DNA of 64,000 nt from assembly GCA_047601885.1 (NCBI GenBank), contig JASGIK010000003.1, positions 1,326,062 through 1,390,061 of the forward strand, written 5' to 3'. Numbering within the stretch: the stretch's first letter is position 1; each line of letters opens with the position of its first letter. The translations under genes were made by a program, and so were the position numbers. Shown piece by piece: positions 57,198 to 64,000 of this stretch. The notes under the pieces were generated by a model. That model ran no database searches. It saw nothing but the letters and a program-made list of their open reading frames with translations, and was not told the origin of the DNA. The DNA comes from Solirubrobacterales bacterium (GTDB taxonomy: Bacteria > Actinomycetota > Thermoleophilia > Solirubrobacterales > 70-9).

Positions 57198-57661
57198 GCG
57201 ACCTTGCCGCGAACCCCCAGGTCGAGGCCGAGCTGGAGCAGATCGAGGAGGGGTTCGACGCTTCCGGCGCCCTGGTCGGGATCCTCATCGACTCGGAGGA
57301 GGACATGGAGAAGATGGCGCCGGCGGAGAAGTACCTCTCCAAGCAGGGCATCAAGTCCGAAGTGCAGGTGACGAGCGCCCACCGCGAGCCGGAGAAGGTG
57401 CGCGAGTTCTGCGCGGGCGCGCGGGCGCGCGGACTGAAGGTGATCATCGCCGGCGCCCGCATGAGCGCCGCGCTGCCCGGCGTCGCCGCGGCCCACACCG
57501 ACCTGCCGGTGATCGGCGTGCCGCTTCGCGGCGAGAGCCTCGGCGGCCTCGACGCGCTGCTCTCGGCGGTGCAGATGCCGCCGGGGGTCCCGGTCGCCTG
57601 CGTCGCCGTCGACGGCGCCGAGAACGCCGGCGTGCTGGCAGCGCGGATAATCAACGCATGA
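57194..57661 (+). CDS. purE: PurE-like (N5-CAIR mutase family) protein with divergent active-site loops
   Basis: SAHREPEK and PVIGVP are conserved. GSxSD reads DSEED, and the GGAAHLPG loop reads RMSAALPG. Confidence 0.7.
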   Translation: MSDLAANPQVEAELEQIEEGFDASGALVGILIDSEEDMEKMAPAEKYLSKQGIKSEVQVTSAHREPEKVREFCAGARARGLKVIIAGARMSAALPGVAAAHTDLPVIGVPLRGESLGGLDALLSAVQMPPGVPVACVAVDGAENAGVLAARIINA

Positions 57662-58944
57662 TCGCTCGTTACACGCGGCCGGAGATCGGCGCGGTCTGGA
57701 CCCAGCAGGCGAAGCTGGAGACCTGGCTCGAGGTCGAGCTGGCGGCGACCGAGGCCTGGGCGGCCGAGGGCGTCGTCCCGGCCGAGGTGGCGGCGAGCGC
57801 CCGCGAGCGGGCCGCCTTCACGGTCGAGGCGGTCGACGAGCGGGAGAAGATCACCGACCACGACGTGGCCGCCTTCGTCGACGTCGTCGCCGCCTCGGTC
57901 GGGCCGGAGGGCGCCCGCTGGATCCACTACGGCCTGACCTCCTCCGACGTGCTCGACACGGCGCTGGCGCTGCAGCTGAAGCGGGCCGGCGCGATCCTCG
58001 TCGCGGGCGCCAAGGAGTACCGCGACGCGCTGGTCGCGCGGGCGCTGGAGGAGCGCGAGACGCTCTGCGTCGGCCGCACCCACGGCGTCCACGCCGAGCC
58101 GACCACCTTCGGCCTGCGCCTGGCGGGCTTCGCCTTCGAGGCCGACCGCAACCTGCGCCGGCTCGAAGAGGCCTTCGCCGAACTGGCCTACGGCAAGCTC
58201 TCCGGCGCGGTCGGCACCTATGCCTCGGTGCCGCCGACGGTCGAGGCGCGGGTGATGGAGAAGCTCGGGCTGGCGATCGAGCCGGTCGCCACCCAGGTGA
58301 TCCCGCGCGACCGCCACGCCGAGCTGACCGCGACGATCGCCCTCGCCGGAGCCGGCCTCGAGCGCTTCGCCACCGAGGTGCGCAACCTGCAGAAAACCGA
58401 GGTGCGCGAGGTCGAGGAGCCGTTCCGGGCGGGCCAGAAGGGCTCCTCGGCGATGCCCCACAAGCGCAACCCGATCCGCACCGAGCGGATCACCGGGCTC
58501 GCCCGCGTGCTGCGCGGCTACGCCCAGACCGGCTTCGAGGACGTCGCCCTCTGGCACGAGCGCGACATCTCCCACTCCGGCGCCGAGCGGGTGATCCTGC
58601 CCGACTCGACGATCGTGCTCGACTACATGCAGGGCCTGGCGACCGGCGTGGCCGCCGGCATGACCCTGCACCGCGAGCGGATGCTGGCCAACCTCAACAT
58701 CACCCACGGCGCCCTCTTCAGCCAGCGCGCCCTGACCGCCTTGGTCGAGTCCGGGATGACCCGCGACGACGCCTACCGGGTGGTCCAGGAGAACGCCCAG
58801 AAGGCCTGGGACACCGGCACCGAATTCCGCGACCTGATCGGCACGGCCGCGCCGCAGCTCGACCTCGACGAGGTCTTCGACTACGGCGCCTACCTGACGC
58901 ACGTGCCGGAGATCTTCGAGCGCCTCGAAGATCTCCAGGTCTAG
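57658..58944 (+). CDS. purB: adenylosuccinate lyase
   Basis: GKLSGAVGT, GSSAMPHKRNP signature. Confidence 0.92.
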   Translation: MIARYTRPEIGAVWTQQAKLETWLEVELAATEAWAAEGVVPAEVAASARERAAFTVEAVDEREKITDHDVAAFVDVVAASVGPEGARWIHYGLTSSDVLDTALALQLKRAGAILVAGAKEYRDALVARALEERETLCVGRTHGVHAEPTTFGLRLAGFAFEADRNLRRLEEAFAELAYGKLSGAVGTYASVPPTVEARVMEKLGLAIEPVATQVIPRDRHAELTATIALAGAGLERFATEVRNLQKTEVREVEEPFRAGQKGSSAMPHKRNPIRTERITGLARVLRGYAQTGFEDVALWHERDISHSGAERVILPDSTIVLDYMQGLATGVAAGMTLHRERMLANLNITHGALFSQRALTALVESGMTRDDAYRVVQENAQKAWDTGTEFRDLIGTAAPQLDLDEVFDYGAYLTHVPEIFERLEDLQV

Positions 58945-59251
58945 CCGGCGCCTGCTGCGAGCCCCCTGGGAGGAACCTGGGTCAGCCAATCAGGCGACCT
59001 CCGAATACGCGACGGTCTTGTTGCGATTTTCGTGAGATCCGGCGCTGGGGATCCTTGGCCGGAGGGCCATTGAGCCGGCGAATTAGGGATGCATTGCGCT
59101 CTCTTCTGTACACATGGCCAAATGGGTTGGATCCCAAGTTGGACGCCGGGCCTTATCCGCGACGTTAAACCCGACCTAAATTCCGCCGCCTTGCGGGCCG
59201 CTCCCCGGCGGCCATTTCTCTGTCCAACCGGATTACCTCGGGAGAAACCTC

Positions 59252-62200
59252 TTGATCCCCTCATCCCTGTCAAGGAAGCTGCTGCCGCTGCTGGGGGCCT
59301 TGTGCCTGCTCGGCGTGGTGGTGCTCGCCTCGACCGCGAGCGGCGCGTCGACGGCGCTCACCTACGAAGAACTGCCCGACCCGCTCGAAGACGGCTCGTA
59401 CACCGTCAAGCGGGTCGACCCGATCAAGCTCGGGACCTACAGCTACGACGAACCGAGCACGACCGGCGGTGCGGCGACCGGTTCCAACGAACCCCTGACC
59501 AACGCCCAGATCCGCGGCGTCCTCTACCAACCGGAAGGCTATTCCGGCAAGTCGCCGTTGATCGTCTTCGTCCACGGCAACCACTCCAGCTGCGACGTCA
59601 GCGGGACCAGCCCCAACTGCACGACCTACAAGCGCAACGACGAGGGCTACGCCTACATGGGCGAAAACCTCGCCAGCTGGGGCTACACCGTGTTCTCGGT
59701 CGACCAGGACCAGCTGATGCTGCGACAGGACTCCTACGGCAAGGGCATGCACGCCCGTCGCCTGCTGATCATGGCGGCGCTGACCAAGCTCAAGGAAGCG
59801 AGCGAAGTCGTCGTCCCGGAAACCGAAAACTCCAACGTCGGCGAACTGCTGACCGGCAAGCTGGACATGACCCGGATCGGGCTGATGGGGCACTCGCGCG
59901 GCGGCGACGCCGTCTCCAGCTTCGTCACCTACGACCAGACCCTGCCGGTCGGGGAACGCTTCCCGCTGCGCGCCGTGGTCTCGATCGCGCCGGTCGACTA
60001 CGAACGGCACGCTCCCTACGGCGTTCCGTACATGACCGTGTTCGGCAGCTGCGACGGTGACGTCTCCAACCTCCAGGGCGCCCGTCTCTACGAACGCAGC
60101 CAGTACGAGAGCGACGATCCGTACCCGCGGTTCCAGGTGGTGCAGGTGGGCGGCAACCATGACGCCTACAACACGGTCTGGCAGGCGGACGGCGACGACG
60201 CCGAACAGAAGGACGCCGCCTGCGGTCCGGACGCCAAAGGCGGGAAGGGCCAGACCCCGAGCAGCAGCAACGGCGAAGTCGAAAACGTCCTCGGCACCCA
60301 CAACACCGAAGACCCGTTCAACATCCGGCTCTCCGGCGAAGCGGGCCAGTACTTCGAGGCCACCGAAGGTGAAAAGCCGTACCGCTGGGGCAACACCGAA
60401 AAGCTCAACCCGCTGGTCAACACCCGGATCTCCGGGGAAGCGTCCCGGATGGGCGACCAGGAGAAGATGGGGCTGGCCACGGTGGCCGCGTTCTTCCGCC
60501 GCTACGTCGGCGGCGAGGGCGCGTTCGAACCGTATCTGACGGGTGAACTGGCGGCCGAAGAAGAGCCGTCGATCCCGCAGTCGGCCTGCCCGACCAGCGA
60601 AGCCGGGGAACGGATCCCCTGCATCGACCGCGTCGCCGACAGCTACACGGCGGCACCGGAAGAACGACTGGACGTGCTCCGTCCCGACACCGAACACCCG
60701 ACCACCGTCGACGCCCTCGGGACGAAGATCGAAGCCAGCGGCTTCAGCAACCCGTACCAGGAAAGCGGCGGCGTCCAGCCGGTGCCGACCGAAACCGCGA
60801 ACGGGATCACCTGGTGTGACCCCGACCCGGAGCAGGCCGAACCCACTCGACTGGGCGAAGGGACCTACCCGACCGCGGCCAAGTGGTGCCCGCAGCCGGC
60901 CAAGGAAACGCTCGGCGGCCAGGGCACGTACACGCCCGAATCGTCGGATACGGAATCGGCCGCGGCCGCGCCTCGCGAACAGGCCCCGGTCAACGGCTCC
61001 TACGGCCGCCAGCTCTCCCTCGCCTGGGAAGAAGAAGCGGACCTGGGAATCTCCATCCCCGCCGCCGACGAGGACGTCAGCGGCTACAAGGCGCTGTACA
61101 TGGCGACCGCCGTCAACTTCTTCGACACGCGGAATCCCTCGCGTGGCACGGAAGGCCGGTGGAACCCTGAGTACGCCCCGCAGAACTTCACCATCGCGGT
61201 GACCGATGCGGAAGGCAACGAAGCAACCGTCGAAGCGGACGATGCCCGCTACGGGACGGCCACACAGCAGACCCTCGGGTCGACCTCCGACCGGGTCCAC
61301 GTCCTCCTCAAAGATCTGCGGGTTCCGCTCGCCGACTTCGAAGAACAGGGCGTGAACCTGACCGAGCTGCGCAAGCTCGAACTTCGCTTCGGCGAAGAAG
61401 GCATGCCGGAAAGCGGGTCGATCCAGCTGGCCGACGTCCGCTTCCAGCAGCCGGTCTCCGGCTATTCGGACGTCCTCCTCGACTCGACCGAACCGAACGC
61501 CGGTCCTGGCGAAGGGGAACCGACGAGCGGCCCCAACCCGGTCGAAGAAATGGAAGAAGGCGTCTACAAGCGCGCCGACGGCTCCTACGAAATCCCCAAC
61601 GTGACCAAGGTCGCCGGGGCCAACGTGTGGACCGTCGACGACGACCAGGCGCAGTGCCCGAACGCGCAGTTCACCACGATCCAGGAAGCGGTGGAATACG
61701 CCAACGCCTGGGACACGATCGTGGTCTGCCCCGGTGTCTACGAAGAATCGTCGACCCCGGTGAACAGCACGATGAACCCCGTCGCCGAAGGCGCCGTCAA
61801 CGGCCTGACGATCAAAAAGCCGTTGAAGATCATCGGTGCCGGCGCCGAAGAGGTGACGATCAAGCCGTCGTCCTCGCTGACGACGCTGGCGGGCTCGACC
61901 GCCCGACTGCGTGACGGTGGCGGCAACGTCATCACCGTGTCGCGCCAGTCGCTCGGCTCGAGCGAATACGACGAGGAGTACGTCGACATCTCCGGCGTGA
62001 CGATCGAATCCGGATCGACCGAAGCCGAAGCGGGCGTCGCCTTCTTCAACGCCTCGGGCCGGATCGCCGACAGCGTCGTCTCCGGCGGCAGCTGGGGCGT
62101 GGTCGAGACCAACTCGATGCTCGCCGCCGGCGAAGGCACGCCGGAACGGCAGGTCACGATCGAAGACAGCAAGATCTCGGGCTACGGCTCGGGTGGCGTG

Positions 62201-63508
62201 CTGTTCGACGCATCGAAGGGCGGCGTCGACGGTGCCGCCGGCAACACCGAACGGTCTGGCGAGAACCAGGTCGGCTACATCAAGGGCTCGACGATCGAAG
62301 GCTCCGGCGGCACCGCCTCCGAAGCTCAGACGGGAGTCGCGTACCGATCCGGCGCCCACGGTGAAATCACCGACAGCGCGATCCTCGACAACCAAGGGAC
62401 CACCGGCACCTCCTACGGCATCCTCGCCGCGGACGCCGGTTCCCTCTCGGTGGAAGAAAGCGAGATCGCCGGCAACGGCGGCAGCGGCTATGGCCTCTAC
62501 AACGGCAACGCCGACGCCACCGAAGTCAGCACCGGTGAAGCGATCGCCGCCGAAGGCGACTACTGGGGCACCGGTGGCACGCCGATCGAAGGCGAAACCG
62601 TCCTCGGTCCGCCGGACGAAGAGGGCTACGCCGGTCCCGCCGACGTGACCCCGGTCGCCTCGTCGGCCCCGGTGATCCCGTCGGTGCCCTCGCTGATGCC
62701 GGACGCGGCTCCGGTCGGTGAGATCGTCAACCCGGCCGGCGGTGAATACGCCGAAGTCGGGGTGGCGACGGAACCGGTGGTGCTCGCCGAAGACGACTAC
62801 GGAGTGAGCTCCGTGTCGCTGGAGGTGGATGGCGTCGCGGTCGAAACGATCGAAGAAGCGCCGTACACGTTCTCCTGGACGCCGACCCGGGCCCAGAAGG
62901 GAACGACCGTTCAGATCGAAGCGACGATCACCGACAGCGCCGGTCAGGTCACGACCAGCGACGTCAGCGTCCCTGTCGTCGCCGCAAAGCAGGCGGTGCG
63001 CGAAGCCAGGGAAGAAAGAGAAGCCCGGGAACGGGTCGAAGCCGAAGCCGAAGAAGCCATCGCGGCCGCCGAGAAGGAACTGGCGGAAGCGAAGGCGGCG
63101 GCGGAAGCGGCGGCGACCGAATCCAAGGCAGCCCAGGAAAAGGCCGCCGCCGAACTGAAGGCGGCCGAAGAAAAGGTCGAGCAGGCCGAAAAGGAACTCG
63201 AGGAAGCCAAGAAGGCGGCCGTGAGCACCTCGGTCGGCAAGGTGGTCAAGAACACCAAGAAGGGCACGGCGCGCCTCGGCGTCACCGTCTCCGGACCGGG
63301 TTCCCTGGTCGTCAGCGGCCCGGGCATCGTCAAGGTGTCCGGCCACCCGACCAGCTCGGGTGAAGTCCAGGTATTGATCAAGGCCAAGGGCAAGGCACTG
63401 AAGACCCTCAAGAAGAAGGGCAAGGTGTCGGTGAAGGTGACCATCACCTTCACCGCCGAAGGCACGAAGAGCACCAAGACCACCACGGTGGTGTTGGTCA
63501 AGAAGTAG
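59252..63508 (+). CDS. 1418-aa secreted multidomain protein: alpha/beta-hydrolase, beta-helix-like region, Ig-like domain, coiled coil, Lys-rich beta C-terminus
   Basis: Signal peptide. VFVHGNHS and GLMGHSRGGDA (GxSxG). The central region has repetitive G/S/T-rich beta-helix-like segments. A/E/K heptad-rich stretch (AEKELAEAKAAAEAAA...). TTG start after GGGAGAAA. Confidence 0.7.
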   Translation: MIPSSLSRKLLPLLGALCLLGVVVLASTASGASTALTYEELPDPLEDGSYTVKRVDPIKLGTYSYDEPSTTGGAATGSNEPLTNAQIRGVLYQPEGYSGKSPLIVFVHGNHSSCDVSGTSPNCTTYKRNDEGYAYMGENLASWGYTVFSVDQDQLMLRQDSYGKGMHARRLLIMAALTKLKEASEVVVPETENSNVGELLTGKLDMTRIGLMGHSRGGDAVSSFVTYDQTLPVGERFPLRAVVSIAPVDYERHAPYGVPYMTVFGSCDGDVSNLQGARLYERSQYESDDPYPRFQVVQVGGNHDAYNTVWQADGDDAEQKDAACGPDAKGGKGQTPSSSNGEVENVLGTHNTEDPFNIRLSGEAGQYFEATEGEKPYRWGNTEKLNPLVNTRISGEASRMGDQEKMGLATVAAFFRRYVGGEGAFEPYLTGELAAEEEPSIPQSACPTSEAGERIPCIDRVADSYTAAPEERLDVLRPDTEHPTTVDALGTKIEASGFSNPYQESGGVQPVPTETANGITWCDPDPEQAEPTRLGEGTYPTAAKWCPQPAKETLGGQGTYTPESSDTESAAAAPREQAPVNGSYGRQLSLAWEEEADLGISIPAADEDVSGYKALYMATAVNFFDTRNPSRGTEGRWNPEYAPQNFTIAVTDAEGNEATVEADDARYGTATQQTLGSTSDRVHVLLKDLRVPLADFEEQGVNLTELRKLELRFGEEGMPESGSIQLADVRFQQPVSGYSDVLLDSTEPNAGPGEGEPTSGPNPVEEMEEGVYKRADGSYEIPNVTKVAGANVWTVDDDQAQCPNAQFTTIQEAVEYANAWDTIVVCPGVYEESSTPVNSTMNPVAEGAVNGLTIKKPLKIIGAGAEEVTIKPSSSLTTLAGSTARLRDGGGNVITVSRQSLGSSEYDEEYVDISGVTIESGSTEAEAGVAFFNASGRIADSVVSGGSWGVVETNSMLAAGEGTPERQVTIEDSKISGYGSGGVLFDASKGGVDGAAGNTERSGENQVGYIKGSTIEGSGGTASEAQTGVAYRSGAHGEITDSAILDNQGTTGTSYGILAADAGSLSVEESEIAGNGGSGYGLYNGNADATEVSTGEAIAAEGDYWGTGGTPIEGETVLGPPDEEGYAGPADVTPVASSAPVIPSVPSLMPDAAPVGEIVNPAGGEYAEVGVATEPVVLAEDDYGVSSVSLEVDGVAVETIEEAPYTFSWTPTRAQKGTTVQIEATITDSAGQVTTSDVSVPVVAAKQAVREAREEREARERVEAEAEEAIAAAEKELAEAKAAAEAAATESKAAQEKAAAELKAAEEKVEQAEKELEEAKKAAVSTSVGKVVKNTKKGTARLGVTVSGPGSLVVSGPGIVKVSGHPTSSGEVQVLIKAKGKALKTLKKKGKVSVKVTITFTAEGTKSTKTTTVVLVKK

Positions 63509-63553
63509 GCACCGCCCCCGACCCCGGCTCAGGCCGGGGTCGGGGGCTTCCTT

Positions 63554-63871
63554 TTGGGATACGCTGGCCCGGTGATCCTCTACACCTGTGGCCAGAAGAC
63601 CGTCGGCCCCGGCTTCGCCCATCCGTGCGCGAAAGCCGGCCACGCGCTCGACGCGGCGGGCTACGAGTACGAGGTCAAGACCGTCGGCGGCTACCGACTC
63701 GCGATCTGGACCTGGGGCAGCCGCAAGGCAGACCGCGCCGAGGTGCACGAGCTCTCCGGCACCGACGAGGTGCCGATCCTCGTCCTCGACGACGGCGAGG
63801 TCGTCTCCGGCTCCGGCACCATCGCCAAGTGGGCGAAGGAGCACCCGGCGAGCCGCGCCAAGTCTGCGTAG
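63554..63871 (+). CDS. glutaredoxin/GST-N-like small thioredoxin-fold protein
   Basis: ILYTCGQK...HPCAKA...VPILVLDDGEVVSGSGTI pattern. Start is TTG 63554 or GTG 63572. Confidence 0.5.
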   Translation: MGYAGPVILYTCGQKTVGPGFAHPCAKAGHALDAAGYEYEVKTVGGYRLAIWTWGSRKADRAEVHELSGTDEVPILVLDDGEVVSGSGTIAKWAKEHPASRAKSA

Positions 63872-63942
63872 GCGGTCGAGCCGGCGTCGGGGCTGGCGGG
63901 GGAGCTGGCGCCCGGGGCTGCGCAAGGGACGGATAAGGGACG

Positions 63943-63994
63943 CGGCCTTCTCGGTGGCGGCCCGGGCAGGCTGTGGCCGCCACCGAGAAGGCCG
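63943..63994 (+). terminator. long GC hairpin (20-bp arms, 12-nt loop), third member of the terminator-hairpin family
   Basis: cggccttctcggtggcggcc / ggccgccaccgagaaggccg with loop cgggcaggctgt, 72 nt past the stop at 63871. Confidence 0.55.
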
Positions 63995-64000
63995 AGTCTC

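Noticed and set aside
58945-59251. Possible riboswitch (e.g. cyclic-di-AMP/ydaO type) in the 300-nt leader of the large secreted-protein gene.
   Set aside because: I could not recognise the conserved ydaO-type core sequences or a convincing pseudo-symmetric fold by eye. It needs an Rfam/Infernal scan before any claim.

Overview
Very GC-rich actinobacterial-type chromosome segment. dnaK-grpE-dnaJ-hspR synteny, frequent GTG/TTG starts and ATGA/GTGA coupled gene junctions support this; no species call is possible. (1) 1-17.2 kb is a fatty-acid or steroid-side-chain-like beta-oxidation cluster: thiolase, acyl-CoA ligase, crotonases, SDRs, a family III CoA-transferase-like gene and a GntR/FadR-type regulator. 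It also holds three acyl-CoA dehydrogenase (ACAD) genes of the heteromeric alpha/beta type, one a natural beta-alpha fusion. Its promoters share AT-rich TGATT..AATGAT motifs. (2) 17.4-29.15 kb is a visibly lower-GC composite genomic island inserted at a tRNA-like gene. It is bounded by a 42-nt perfect direct repeat, with a third degenerate att-like copy splitting it into two modules. Module A is a multi-reader EVE-McrB/McrC-like type IV restriction pair. Module B carries a HEPN/nucleotidyltransferase pair, a C5 cytosine methyltransferase convergent with a MORC-like GHKL ATPase, an excisionase and a frameshifted tyrosine integrase. The methyltransferase/GHKL pair is my best candidate for an undescribed defence system. 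(3) 29.2-64 kb is mostly housekeeping: lysS, prmC, argF, an rRNA methyltransferase, and an inositol-lipid cluster (ino1, CDP-alcohol phosphatidyltransferase, PAP2-like gene, GT4N-PHP fusion). It also carries nth, the dnaK-grpE-dnaJ-hspR-clpB block, cell-wall hydrolases, purD/E/B and a 1418-aa secreted multidomain protein. Dispersed structured repeats occupy several intergenic regions: a 234-nt element, a two-tier hairpin with compensatory changes, and an orientation-locked terminator hairpin. No rRNA genes or CRISPR arrays were seen. All protein calls rest on motif recognition in the supplied translations; no database search was run.
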